Positions 1-9,931 of a stretch of 64,000 nt of DNA are shown here, piece after piece (the stretch's first letter is position 1; the number at the start of each line of letters is the position of its first letter). The DNA comes from Candidatus Dormiibacterota bacterium. Lineage in GTDB: Bacteria; Chloroflexota; Dormibacteria; Aeolococcales; Aeolococcaceae. The notes below the pieces were generated by a model. It made no database searches and had not been told where the DNA came from. It saw only the letters and a program-made list of their open reading frames with translations. Where the stretch lies: the NCBI GenBank assembly GCA_963718525.1, contig OY970355.1:2368001-2432000 (forward strand), written 5' to 3'. The position numbers were made by a program, and so were the translations under genes.

Positions 1-459
1 GATCAAGCGCGCCTTCGCAAATGCCGGATCAGCACCCGCCGCCGCCGTCTCGATGACCTCGAAAAAGGGTGTCAGTGCAAAGACGGCGAGCTGCGCCCGC
101 AACGCCGTGGCTGAGGAGCGCAGTGACACCAGCGCACACCGGTACGTGGCCGCGAGCCGGGTGAGCACCGGGATCGTCTCGGGAAACAGGGCGTCGAACC
201 CGAGGCTGTCGGGAATCTCGATGAGCTCAGCGAACTGCTCCTCGAACTTCGAGCGCTGCCCATCCTCGAGACCACTCTGCGCGAGGATCTCGGGACATGC
301 GGTGTGCTGTCGCTTGAGGTCCCAGTAGGCGGAGCGAGCCAGCGGCTGGCCCCCAAGGGATGAGCAGACCGTGCTGTAGACGTGGTGGTGCCGTGCGGAC
401 ACATCGAGCAAGGTCCCATCGAGGTCAAAGACGAGCGTCGTCGGCCGTTGCCCTGGCAA
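1..459 (-). CDS. HAD-superfamily hydrolase, 3' end runs off the window
   Basis: Manual translation from TTG at 459 gives MPGQRPTTLVFDLDGTLLDV (HAD motif I, DxDGT); GGAGGAG SD at 464-470; frame open to position 1. Confidence 0.8.
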   Translation of the reverse strand, partial: MPGQRPTTLVFDLDGTLLDVSARHHHVYSTVCSSLGGQPLARSAYWDLKRQHTACPEILAQSGLEDGQRSKFEEQFAELIEIPDSLGFDALFPETIPVLTRLAATYRCALVSLRSSATALRAQLAVFALTPFFEVIETAAAGADPAFAKARLI

Positions 460-623
460 TCTGCTCCTCCAACCCGTCTGGAACAACGCGATCCGGAGCG
501 AATCCGGTCGCCTCGCGGAAGCGCGTGACGTCAAGCACGATATCAGCCGCAGGTTTTCCGTCGAGGGCGGCGCCATCGTAGCCGCCCTGGCGTCAGTCCC
601 CTGTCACGCCTCCGACACAGGTC

Positions 624-956
624 CTACTCGTTCGAGTCCTTCCAGCCGAAATGCTTCCAGCGGAAGATCCCGGCGAGGCCCAGCCGGGAGATGTGGAGTT
701 GCTGGAACTCCTCGTACTGGTCGGCGCGTGCCGCGTCGATCGAGAGGTGCACCGCCTCGGTGGTGATGCGCTCGATGTCGGCGGCGGGCGCCAGGTAGTG
801 CTTGCGGTGATGGGCGTGCTCGAAGACGATGCCGTGGAAGATGTCCTCGTTGGCGAGGGCGGCGACCTCCACGACCTTCCCGATATTGGATCCGTCGCTG
901 GTCACGACCGCCTCACCCGTCTTCACCGCGGTCCACGCGATCTGTTCTTCAGCCAT
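624..956 (-). CDS. small PRC-barrel-like hypothetical protein
   Basis: VVTSDGSNIGKVVEV...APAADIERITTEAVHLSI pattern resembles PRC-barrel/DUF2171-like proteins. Confidence 0.55.
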   Translation of the reverse strand: MAEEQIAWTAVKTGEAVVTSDGSNIGKVVEVAALANEDIFHGIVFEHAHHRKHYLAPAADIERITTEAVHLSIDAARADQYEEFQQLHISRLGLAGIFRWKHFGWKDSNE

Positions 957-964
957 GTGACTCA

Positions 965-2488
965 TCATAGAGCCGGCGCGCGGGTGCGACGCCGGCGCGG
1001 CCGTACCGGTGCATGGGCGGGGCGCTCGGGAAAGTCAGGTACGTCGAGCGCCTCGAGCTCATCGGCGAGCCAGCGAATCATCATCCCGATGTCCGGCATG
1101 ACGTCGCGATCGGCGACGATGCCGATGTCGAGGCTGCCGTTGTAGCTCATCACCGTGATGTTCAAGCCGAGGCCGTCCATGATCACCGAGACGGGGTAGA
1201 TCGCCTCGAGGAGCGCGCCCGCGCAATAGAGCGGGATTTGCGGCCCGGGCACGTTGGAAACCACCAGGTTCCACGTCGGCCGCAGGCGACGGTTGCTTGT
1301 CCACGCGTAGGTGAGCTGAGCGGCCCGCGTGAACAGAGCAGGTGGGATGAAGTTGTTGGCATCCTGCAGCAGGGACGCTGGCAGTGCTGCATCGCGTTCC
1401 TTCATCTCGGCAAGCGATTCGCGGGTTGCGCGGAGGCGATCGACGGGGTCGGGGATCTCGGTGTGGAGCTCGACGCCCATCAGCAGGATGCGGTTGCCGA
1501 ACGTTCCCTGCTGCTCCGGGCTGCGCACCGACACCGGTATCTGCGCGATCAATGGCTGCTTCCCGAGTTCCTCATGCTGCTGCAACCAGCGCCGCACCAC
1601 ACCGGCGCAGATCGACACGACGACGTCGTTGACGGTGACACCGTGCCTGTTCTTGACAGCTTTGACAGTATCAAGCGGAAGCCGGCCGAAGACGATGCGC
1701 CGGTGCGCCGAGATCCTGCCGTTGAACGACGTGTGTGGGGGAGTGGAGAGCCTGCGCGCGCTGACGATCGGGCTCCTGCTCAGCGCCGCCTGCAACCGCC
1801 GGGCTGCGGCACCGACGATGCTGGCCCCGGGGAGAATGCTGAAAATCCCGACCTCTTCGAAGTGGGGTAGTGCAGCGGGAAACGAGCGCAGCAGGCGCAG
1901 CGGGTACTGAGGGATGCCCGCGATGCCGCGGCCCAGCATCTCCAACTGCGAAGGCATGCGCTGTGGCCCGTCCTCGTCCGGAGCGCGTGGGGGTGCGGGC
2001 CGGCCCTCGGGGGTCAGGTCGAGCAGGGATCCGAGGATCTCGGCACCCGACAGGCCGTCGATGACGGCATGGTGCACCTTGGTCATCAGCGCCACGCGGC
2101 CGTGCTCGAGTCCGTGGATGAGATAGATCTCCCAGAGCGGGCGGCTGCGGTCCAGCGGCCGCGAGAAGAGGCGCGCCACCTGCTCCTCGAGCTGCGCCAT
2201 CGAACCCGGCGGCACCAGCGCGAGCTCGCGCACGTGGAAGTCGATATCGAAGTCCGGGTCGTCGACCCAGTAGGCGAAGTCGATGCCGAACGGGACTTCC
2301 GCCAGGCGCCACTTGAAGATCGGGATCAGCGGCAGGCGTTCGAGGATCAGCTTCTGGAGCTCCGCGACAGTCAGGTTGCCGCCAGGCGCCGTGGAAGGGT
2401 CAAGCACCAGCACGCCGGTGACATGACCGTAGATCCGGGGCGTCTCGAGAGCGAGGAACTGCGCATCGAGGCTGGTGAGCTGGCGCAT
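965..2488 (-). CDS. wax ester synthase/diacylglycerol acyltransferase (WS/DGAT)
   Basis: N-terminal LTSLDAQFL, catalytic HHAVIDG motif, C-terminal NLVVSNVPGP. Confidence 0.93.
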   Translation of the reverse strand: MRQLTSLDAQFLALETPRIYGHVTGVLVLDPSTAPGGNLTVAELQKLILERLPLIPIFKWRLAEVPFGIDFAYWVDDPDFDIDFHVRELALVPPGSMAQLEEQVARLFSRPLDRSRPLWEIYLIHGLEHGRVALMTKVHHAVIDGLSGAEILGSLLDLTPEGRPAPPRAPDEDGPQRMPSQLEMLGRGIAGIPQYPLRLLRSFPAALPHFEEVGIFSILPGASIVGAAARRLQAALSRSPIVSARRLSTPPHTSFNGRISAHRRIVFGRLPLDTVKAVKNRHGVTVNDVVVSICAGVVRRWLQQHEELGKQPLIAQIPVSVRSPEQQGTFGNRILLMGVELHTEIPDPVDRLRATRESLAEMKERDAALPASLLQDANNFIPPALFTRAAQLTYAWTSNRRLRPTWNLVVSNVPGPQIPLYCAGALLEAIYPVSVIMDGLGLNITVMSYNGSLDIGIVADRDVMPDIGMMIRWLADELEALDVPDFPERPAHAPVRPRRRRTRAPAL

Positions 2489-2568
2489 GGATGCCCGCCA
2501 ACATTGGCAGAAGGTGCGGAGAACGGTCAACTCATCCCATTCGCACGCGCATGTGGGATCGTTCGGGG

Positions 2569-3951
2569 GTGCTCCCGGAGATCGCGACGATCGAGACCCC
2601 AGAGCTGGGCGATCGGAGCTACGTCATTCTTGACGGCACCGAGGCAGCGGTCGTCGACCCCCAGCGCGACGTCGGCCGTGTGTTGGCGGTGCTGTCCGAC
2701 CGTGGGGCTCGGCTCACGCATGTGCTCGAGACGCACATTCACAACGACTACGTCTCCGGCGGCCCGGAGCTCTCCAGGATCACCGGGGCCACCTTAGTCA
2801 TCCCGACCGGGGAGTCGGTCGGCTACGCGCGTCAGGCGATTGGCGACGGGGGCCGGGTTCCGCTCGGCGCCCTGACGCTGGTGGCCCGCCACACGCCCGG
2901 CCATACCGCGACACATATGGCCTACGTGCTCGAGGATGGCGGGCTGCCGGTTGCAGCCTTCACCGGTGGATCGATGCTGCTCGGTTCGGTGGGCCGAACC
3001 GACCTCATCGGACCGTGGGTCACCGATCGCCTGAGCCATCTCCAGCACAGCTCCGCGAGGCGGCTGTCGGACGAGCTTCCCGATGACGCGGCGATCCTGC
3101 CGACGCACGGGTTCGGCAGTCTCTGCTCTGCCGGGTTCCCGGTTGGCGCCCCGGACACGGGGGATGCCCGCCACCAGCGCGCGGAGAACCCGGCGCTGCT
3201 GATGGACGAGGACGCATTCGTGGCCCGGCTCGTCGCGGGCATGGACGCCTTTCCGCGGTACTACGCCTACATCGCGCCGAGAAATCGAGAGGGGGCGGGC
3301 GCCTTCGATGGCGAGCTGCCTGACCTGAGCGATGGGCAGGAACTTGCGGAGCGGGCGCGCGCCGGAGAATGGGTGGTCGACCTTCGCGAGCGCCGGGAGT
3401 TTGCGGCTCGACATCTCGTCTCCACGCTTGCCTTCGAGCTCTCCGACCCGCTGAGCACCTACCTGGGCTGGCTCCTTCCCTGGGGCAGCCCCCTGAGCTT
3501 GATAGGACGATCACTCGAAGACCTGGCGGCCGCTCGCGTTGCCTTGGCGCGAATCGGCATCGAGAGGATCGTGGCGTGCGGGATCAGCGAATGCGAGGGC
3601 GGCGGGGACGACCCCTGGGCATGCCTCGCCACCGCCTCCTACCCGGTCGTCGGTTTTGAGGACCTCAAGCCGTACATCGGCGCGCCCGGGGAGATCGTGG
3701 TCGATGTCCGCCTCGGGCGTGAGTGGCGCGAAGGCCATCTCGCAACAGCGAGGCACATCCCGCTCCACGAGCTGCCCGACCGCCTCGAGGACGTGCCCCC
3801 GGGCAGGGTCTGGGTGCACTGCGCCGCGGGATATCGCGCGGCGGTGGCCGGCTCGCTCCTGGCTCGTGGGGCGCGCGACGTCATGGTGGTCAGCGATCAG
3901 TTCAGCAACGCCGTCGATGCCGGGCTCGACATCGTCTCCTCGTGCGACTGA
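2569..3951 (+). CDS. MBL-fold metallohydrolase with rhodanese domains (persulfide dioxygenase/sulfurtransferase-like)
   Basis: ETHIHNDY and HTPGHT motifs; C-terminal rhodanese VHCAAGYRA; probable GTG start at 2569. Confidence 0.88.
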   Translation: MLPEIATIETPELGDRSYVILDGTEAAVVDPQRDVGRVLAVLSDRGARLTHVLETHIHNDYVSGGPELSRITGATLVIPTGESVGYARQAIGDGGRVPLGALTLVARHTPGHTATHMAYVLEDGGLPVAAFTGGSMLLGSVGRTDLIGPWVTDRLSHLQHSSARRLSDELPDDAAILPTHGFGSLCSAGFPVGAPDTGDARHQRAENPALLMDEDAFVARLVAGMDAFPRYYAYIAPRNREGAGAFDGELPDLSDGQELAERARAGEWVVDLRERREFAARHLVSTLAFELSDPLSTYLGWLLPWGSPLSLIGRSLEDLAAARVALARIGIERIVACGISECEGGGDDPWACLATASYPVVGFEDLKPYIGAPGEIVVDVRLGREWREGHLATARHIPLHELPDRLEDVPPGRVWVHCAAGYRAAVAGSLLARGARDVMVVSDQFSNAVDAGLDIVSSCD

Positions 3952-3974
3952 CCAGCGCCGTATAGACCGCCGCG

Positions 3975-5609
3975 ATGAGCCTCGCCACCCGAGCGGTCGA
4001 GCTCGTCGCCAGGATTCCTCCGGCGCGGACGCGAGCGGTCACCGTGCGCCGTGACATCGAGGTGGTCATGCCGGACGGAGTCACCCTCAGGCTCGACCGC
4101 TACCGCGCCCGTGGCGAGGGCACGCAGCCGGTGATCCTGATGCGGAGCCCGTATGGGCGCTCCGGGGTCTGGTCCCTGGCCGCGCGGCTCTTCGCAGAGC
4201 GTGGCTACCAGGTTGTCCTGCAGAGCTGCCGTGGTACCGGCGGGTCCGGGGGCGAGTTCAACGCGTACCGGCATGAGGCGCAGGACGGACTTGCCACGCT
4301 CGTATGGCTCGAGACGCAGCCCTGGTGCTCGGGCAAGGTCGCGACCTTCGGGCCGAGCTACCTCGGCATCGTCCAATGGGCCATCGCGACCGACCCACCG
4401 CAGTCGGTGCTCGCCATGGCGGCGCCGATCTCCTCGGCTCGGGTGCGCGATTTCACGTACCCGGGTGGGTCATTCTCCCTCCAGAGCACCCTGTCGTGGC
4501 TCGCGCTGCTTGCGGGCCCTCGGAGCGGCGGTCGACGGCACCTTCGCGAGCAGTTCCGCGCCAGGGGACGCCTTGAGCGCGGATTCGCTGCGCTCCCCTT
4601 GAGCGTTGCCGACATCGTCGTCACCGGCGCGCGCGTGCCCTTCTACCAGGACTGGCTCTCGCGCATCGATGACGATGCCTTCTGGGCGCCGGTCGAGTTC
4701 GACCGCCGGCTCGGCTCGCTGGCAGTGCCTGTGTCCATGGTGACCGGCTGGTACGACATGTTTCTCCCGGCACAGCTGGCGGACTACCAGGCGCTCCGTG
4801 CTGCCGGACGCGAGGTCCGGCTGACGGTCGGCAAGTGGAAGCACACCGACCCCGGCCTCGCAGGCGAGAGCGTGCGTGACGCGCTCGAGTGGTTCGGCCG
4901 GCACCTTCTCGGCCGCCACGACAGCCGTGTGCGCTCGCGTGTCCGCTTCTTCATCGGAGGAGTCCGGCGATGGGTCGAGGTCGACGATTGGCCGCCTGAG
5001 GCGCGGCAGGTGCGCTGGTATCTGCACCCGGGCGGGCTGCTCCACATGCGCTTCCCCGAGGCGTCGGCTCCCGACCGGTACCGCTATGACCCGTCGAACC
5101 CCACGCCGTCAGTCGGCGGCACGATGCTCGGGCCTTCCGGCGGACCGCGCGACAACCGTGCCCTAGAGCGGCGCAGCGATGTGCTGGTGTACACGACCCC
5201 GGAGCTGGTGCGCGACGTCGAGGTCGTCGGTCCGATCACCGCCGAGCTGCACCTTCGGTCCAACCTGGAGCACACCGACTTCTTCGTCAGGCTCTGCGAC
5301 GTCGAGCCGTCAGGAGGGTCGTGGAACATCTGCGACGGTCTGGTGCGCATCACCCCGGCCGGGTGGCGGCGAGGGGTCGACGGCGTCGCGACGGTCCAGG
5401 TCGCGCTCTGGCCGGCCGCTCACGTGTTCCGTCGAGGCCATCACATGCGGGTGCAGGTCTCCAGTGGGGCGCACCCGCGCTTCGCCCGCAATCTCGGCGG
5501 AGGAGAACCACTTGCGGCGGCGGCGACCATGCACGTTGCCGAGCAGGAGGTCTGGCACGACGCTGATCATCCGTCGGCGATCGTGCTGCCGATCAGGGAC
5601 CTGGGTTAG
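3975..5609 (+). CDS. CocE/NonD family hydrolase
   Basis: RSPYG, GPSYLG nucleophile motif, GWYD, C-terminal VSSGAHPRFARNLG. Confidence 0.92.
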   Translation: MSLATRAVELVARIPPARTRAVTVRRDIEVVMPDGVTLRLDRYRARGEGTQPVILMRSPYGRSGVWSLAARLFAERGYQVVLQSCRGTGGSGGEFNAYRHEAQDGLATLVWLETQPWCSGKVATFGPSYLGIVQWAIATDPPQSVLAMAAPISSARVRDFTYPGGSFSLQSTLSWLALLAGPRSGGRRHLREQFRARGRLERGFAALPLSVADIVVTGARVPFYQDWLSRIDDDAFWAPVEFDRRLGSLAVPVSMVTGWYDMFLPAQLADYQALRAAGREVRLTVGKWKHTDPGLAGESVRDALEWFGRHLLGRHDSRVRSRVRFFIGGVRRWVEVDDWPPEARQVRWYLHPGGLLHMRFPEASAPDRYRYDPSNPTPSVGGTMLGPSGGPRDNRALERRSDVLVYTTPELVRDVEVVGPITAELHLRSNLEHTDFFVRLCDVEPSGGSWNICDGLVRITPAGWRRGVDGVATVQVALWPAAHVFRRGHHMRVQVSSGAHPRFARNLGGGEPLAAAATMHVAEQEVWHDADHPSAIVLPIRDLG

Positions 5610-6061
5610 CTCCGCGTGGAGCCGGCGGGGACACGCTCGCGAGGTGCGCCCTCGGTGTCCCGGTCGGCGTCATCAGGCACCTTCTTCCGGACCGGGTCGA
5701 GCGCGCTGATCCAGTGTGGCGGTGGTGATCCCGAAGGCGCCGGCGGTGATTGCGGCCCGTCGTCACCACGCCCGGGGTCGTCGTCGACCGCGGCCTGCTG
5801 GTTGTGGTCATTGTCAAACGTGATCAGGTAGATGGAGGCGATCAGTGTCATGGTCACCAGCGCGAACAATGAGAACGGCAGCCGGTAGACCCACCCAAGA
5901 TCTGTCGGGAGCCCAGGCATGAATGCCACCAGCACAGCACTCACGATGCCGACGGCTGGCGGCAGGAGCCAGACCCACACAGTGCGCCCTTCGCGATCGA
6001 TTCCGAGCCGCCGCTCAATGCCTCGGAAGAAGCCTGCGAGCCCTTCTTTACGTGTCGCCAT
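5606..6061 (-). CDS. hypothetical two-TM membrane protein with acidic/Pro-rich tail
   Basis: Two hydrophobic segments; AGGAG SD upstream. Confidence 0.65.
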   Translation of the reverse strand: MATRKEGLAGFFRGIERRLGIDREGRTVWVWLLPPAVGIVSAVLVAFMPGLPTDLGWVYRLPFSLFALVTMTLIASIYLITFDNDHNQQAAVDDDPGRGDDGPQSPPAPSGSPPPHWISALDPVRKKVPDDADRDTEGAPRERVPAGSTRS

Positions 6062-6097
6062 CTCTGATCTCCTGACTTCAGTCTATCGTGGAATGCC

Positions 6098-6592
6098 ATG
6101 ACAGTTGCGGTGACCGGACAGATCATCGGCGCGGGCGAGTTGAAGCGGTTGTCGCCGCGGTTCTGGCTTGCGCGCCAGACCCAGCTCGCGCTGTTCTGGG
6201 GGCCCGTGTTCATCGCGGCGCTGGTCGCCGCACTGGTCGTCAACGTCGGAAGCGCCGACCTGCTCCCGGTCATGGTTGCGCTGATCGCCTGCGTTGCCTG
6301 GTTGGTCGAACGAGGCCGCTACAGGGCCTGGGGCTACGCCGAGCGCGAGGACGACCTCATCGTGACCAGGGGACTGATGTTCCGCCGTGTCTCCGTCGTG
6401 CCGTACGGGCGAATGCAGTTCATCGACGTCACCGCCGGACCCATCGACCGAGCGTTCAGCCTTGCAACGGTCCAGCTCCACACCGCGGCGGCGGCGACCG
6501 ACGCCCGGATCCCGGGGCTCGATCGAGTCGACGCTGACGCGCTCCGGGACAGGCTCACCCTGGTGGGGGAGGCCAAGGCCACAGGCCTATGA
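6098..6592 (+). CDS. bacterial PH-domain membrane protein (YdbS-like)
   Basis: Two TMs then VVPYGRMQFIDVTAGPIDRAFSLATVQLHTA. Confidence 0.88.
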   Translation: MTVAVTGQIIGAGELKRLSPRFWLARQTQLALFWGPVFIAALVAALVVNVGSADLLPVMVALIACVAWLVERGRYRAWGYAEREDDLIVTRGLMFRRVSVVPYGRMQFIDVTAGPIDRAFSLATVQLHTAAAATDARIPGLDRVDADALRDRLTLVGEAKATGL

Positions 6593-7977
6593 GCGCGATG
6601 CCGCCGGCGATGGCCACGGCCGCGCCGCTCGAGGTGGGCGAGTCGTGGCGCCGGCTTCACCCGCTCTCCCCGATTGTCCGTTTCGGGAGGGTGCTGATCG
6701 GCGTCATCGTCGTCGCGGTGCCGTCGATCGCGGAGCAGCAGGGTCTGCACCACGACGGGGGTCTGCCCATCTCGGTCTTCGTCTATGTCGGGCTGCTCGT
6801 CCTCGGTGGTATCGGCGGGGTCATCTCCTGGCTGGTCACCCGCTGGAGAATCGCCGGCGGGAACCTGCAGATCGAGACGGGGTTCATCCGGCGGCAGTCG
6901 CTGCGCATCCCGCTCGCGCGCATCCAGGCGGTGGACGTCATCGCTCCGCTCTCGGCTCGGTTTCTTGGCCTGGCCGAAGTGCGCGTCGTGTCGGCTGGAC
7001 GAGGTGCCGAGCACGGCCGGCTCGCGTATCTCACGGCCGCCCAGGCGCCGGTGGTCCGGGCCCGCTTGCTCGCGCTCGCCCATGGGCTGGAGGTCGGCAC
7101 CCCTGAGCCTGCAGCGCTGCCGCTCCTGCACGTGCAGAACGGGCTTCTGCTTCCCGCTCTGCTCATGCGCGCGCAGGTGCTGGCCCCGATGCTGATCGCA
7201 ATCGCCGGTATCGCGGCGATCGCAGCAGCCCCGGTCGTCGGCGCGGGTGCGCTGGGCAGCGCGGTCACCGTCCTGGTCATCAGCGGGCTTGGCGTTGCTC
7301 GGGCTTTCAACGAGGACTTTGACTTCGCCATCAGCGAAGCCGGAGATGGCGTTCGCCTCGACCGCGGCCTGCTCCAGCGGCGTCACGAGACCATCCCCTA
7401 CGGCCGCATCCAGGCCGTCCGTGTCGTCGAGCCGCTGTTCTGGCGGGCCTTCGGGTGGGCCCGTCTCGAGGTCGACGTCGCCAGGCAGAGCGTGTCTCGC
7501 GAAGCTGACCGCGATGCGCAACAGGTGGCACGGACGCTGATTCCGGTGGCGTCGCGCGACCAGGCGTTGTGGCTCCTCGCGAGGGTCATGCCCGACGCAC
7601 ACCCGAATCCTCCGCCCGACGCGGGGCCGCCGTCGCGGGCGCGCCTCAAGGCTCCGCTGTCGTTTCACCTCCTCGCCGCCTGGTTCGGCCAGCGATATGT
7701 CTACGCGCGAACCGGCCGGGTGCAACGCTCGACAATCATCGTGCCCCTGGTCAAGGTGCAGAGCGTTCGCCTCAAGTCGGGGCCGCTGCAGCGTGCGTTC
7801 CAGGTCGCGACCGTCGACGTCGACACTGCCGGTCGCCGGTGGCAAGCGTCTGCGCGCTGCAGGGACGAGCAGGATGCTGTCGAGATGGTGCGTCATATCA
7901 GCGAGCGCGCTCGCCTGTCCCGGAGGTTGCCACCGCCACTGCCGGCAGCCTCCGCGCCCGTCCCTGCCGCCGGATAA
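6589..7977 (+). CDS. bacterial PH-domain membrane protein (YdbT-like)
   Basis: WRRLHPLSP start, three bPH-like repeats (IPLARIQAVDV, IPYGRIQAVRV, VPLVKVQSVRL); ATGA overlap with the upstream gene. Confidence 0.88.
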   Translation: MSAMPPAMATAAPLEVGESWRRLHPLSPIVRFGRVLIGVIVVAVPSIAEQQGLHHDGGLPISVFVYVGLLVLGGIGGVISWLVTRWRIAGGNLQIETGFIRRQSLRIPLARIQAVDVIAPLSARFLGLAEVRVVSAGRGAEHGRLAYLTAAQAPVVRARLLALAHGLEVGTPEPAALPLLHVQNGLLLPALLMRAQVLAPMLIAIAGIAAIAAAPVVGAGALGSAVTVLVISGLGVARAFNEDFDFAISEAGDGVRLDRGLLQRRHETIPYGRIQAVRVVEPLFWRAFGWARLEVDVARQSVSREADRDAQQVARTLIPVASRDQALWLLARVMPDAHPNPPPDAGPPSRARLKAPLSFHLLAAWFGQRYVYARTGRVQRSTIIVPLVKVQSVRLKSGPLQRAFQVATVDVDTAGRRWQASARCRDEQDAVEMVRHISERARLSRRLPPPLPAASAPVPAAG

Positions 7978-8007
7978 GCCGGCGTCCGTGGCAAGATCGC
8001 AGTACTC

Positions 8008-8205
8008 ATGGCGGTGACAGCCCGGTGCGACTGCGACGGAGAGGAAACACCGATCTTTCGGCTCGCCGCGGTGATCCTCGACGGCAGGATGGCGCGCGTC
8101 TGTCCGGCCTGCGCTTCGAAGTACAAGAGCCGCATCGAGATGCCCTATTCGCCGCGCGTTGACCAGGGCGCCATCCAGCCGAGCACGTCGAGGGAGGTCT
8201 GGTAG
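8008..8205 (+). CDS. small hypothetical protein with CxC and CxxC (possible Zn-ribbon)
   Basis: 65 aa ORF filling the gap between the YdbT-like gene and pyrF; RCDCDG...VCPACA. Confidence 0.6.
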   Translation: MAVTARCDCDGEETPIFRLAAVILDGRMARVCPACASKYKSRIEMPYSPRVDQGAIQPSTSREVW

Positions 8206-8209
8206 CCCC

Positions 8210-8998
8210 GTGACATTCGCCGCACGCCTGGACGCGTGCGTCGAAGCCTCTGGTTCGCTGCTCTGCTGTGGCCTCGATCCCGACGGGTTCGCGAGCGCCG
8301 CGGAGGCCGAGCGTCGCTGCCTCGACATCGTCAACGAGACCATCGAGCACGTCTGCGCCTTCAAGCCGAACCTCGCATTCTTCGAGCAACTGGGATCCGC
8401 CGGGTACGCGATCCTCGAGCGGCTCCGAGCTCGGATACCGGCAGATCGCATCCTGATCCTCGACGCGAAGCGAGGCGATATGGGCAACACCGCCGAGGCA
8501 TACGCGCGAGCGCTCTTCGATGTGCTCGGCGCCGACTGCGTCACCGTGAATCCGCTGCTCGGGAGCAACTCAGTGCTGCCCTTCCTGCAGCGGGCCGGCC
8601 GCGGCGCGCTGCTGGTCGCGCGAAGCAGCAACCCGGGAGCGGTCGATCTCCTGGATGCGCGACTCGAGTCCGGCATGCCGGTCAGCGCTCGAATTGTGGA
8701 GCTGGGCCTCGGATGGGACCCGGGTGGAGCGGTGGGCTTCGTCGTCGGAGCGACCAGGCCGGAGGCTGTCGCCGCCATCCGCACGGCGGCCCCCGACGCG
8801 CCGCTGCTGCTCCCGGGGGTGGGGGCCCAGGGTGGCGCGCTCGAGGAATCGGTCGGCGCCGGACTCGATGCGCGTGGACGCGGAGCGATCATCTCGGTGA
8901 GCAGGGGGATTGCCGCCGCACCCCAGGGTGCTGCGAGCGCAGCGCGGGAGTTCCGCGAGCGTATCGAGCAGGTCCGGGCCGCGGTTGCACGTGCATGA
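8210..8998 (+). CDS. pyrF: orotidine-5'-phosphate decarboxylase
   Basis: CGLDP, FKPNLAFFE, ILDAKRGDMGNT, LLPGVGAQGG motifs. Confidence 0.95.
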   Translation: MTFAARLDACVEASGSLLCCGLDPDGFASAAEAERRCLDIVNETIEHVCAFKPNLAFFEQLGSAGYAILERLRARIPADRILILDAKRGDMGNTAEAYARALFDVLGADCVTVNPLLGSNSVLPFLQRAGRGALLVARSSNPGAVDLLDARLESGMPVSARIVELGLGWDPGGAVGFVVGATRPEAVAAIRTAAPDAPLLLPGVGAQGGALEESVGAGLDARGRGAIISVSRGIAAAPQGAASAAREFRERIEQVRAAVARA

Positions 8999-9931
8999 CC
9001 GTTCAGCTGGCCCTCATCCGCAACGACGACCAGGTGGAGCACGAGAGCCCGGGGCATCCCGAACGACCTGACCGGGTGCTGTCGATCCTCGAGGGCATCT
9101 CCGCAGACGATGAGCTGGCGGCATTGCCATGGCTCGTCCCACCCGCCGGAGACCGCGATCTCCCGCTCATGGTCCACTCGCACGACGAGGTTCGTCGAGT
9201 TCGAGGGATTGGCGGTCAAGGGCGGGGGCTGGTTCGATCCCGACACCTACTGCACCGAGTCCTCGTATGCCGTGGCCCTGGACGCGGCAGCCTGCTCGGC
9301 ACGGGCGGCGGAGGCGCTGATGCAGGGTGAAACCCGGGCCTCGTTCGCGGTGATCAGACCGCCTGGGCACCACGCAACCCCGTACGTGCCGATGGGCTTC
9401 TGCCTCTTCAACAACGCCGCAATCGCGGTACGCTCCGCCCAGAAGGCGGGCGCGGCGCGGGTCGCGATCGTCGACATCGACGTGCACCACGGCAACGGAA
9501 CCCAGGACATCTTCTATGCCGATCCCTCGGTGCTGTACGCCTCGCTGCACCAGTCCCCGTGGTATCCGGGAACGGGCCAGCCCTCCGATCGCGGCGATCC
9601 CGGCGCCTCGGGGATGACGTTGAACGTCCCGGTGCCGTCGGGGACCGACGGCGTGCGCTGGCTGCAACTGTTCGACGCGGTGGTGATGCCCGAGGTGGCC
9701 GCCTTCGAGCCGGAGCTCCTCGTCGTGAGTGCGGGATTCGACGCCCATCGAGACGATCCGCTCGCAGAGCTGCGTCTCGAGGATGAGACGTACGCGTCGA
9801 TCGCTGATCGCGTGCGCACGCTCGCCGATGCCCACTGCGAGGGACGATCCTTGTGGCTTCTCGAAGGTGGCTACGACCTTCGAGCAATCGCCGCCTCGGT
9901 GGCGGGATGTCTGCACGTGCTCGCCGCCTGA
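8995..9931 (+). CDS. histone deacetylase/AcuC-like deacetylase, split by a +1 frameshift near 9200 (probably sequencing error)
   Basis: GHPERPDR in one frame; RPPGHHA, GFCLFNN, DIDVHHGNGTQ, SAGFDAH, LEGGY in the next; removing one T at 9200/9201 joins them. Confidence 0.9.

Noticed and set aside
6334-9246. 970-aa ORF on the - strand
   Set aside because: Antisense shadow of the YdbST-like genes, pyrF and the HDAC gene; no recognisable motifs; typical of high-GC DNA
8995-9931. Programmed frameshift or true pseudogene in the HDAC gene
   Set aside because: No slippery sequence; same GAGTC-to-GAGTTC lesion as in recA and the ATP-grasp, so an artefact is more likely
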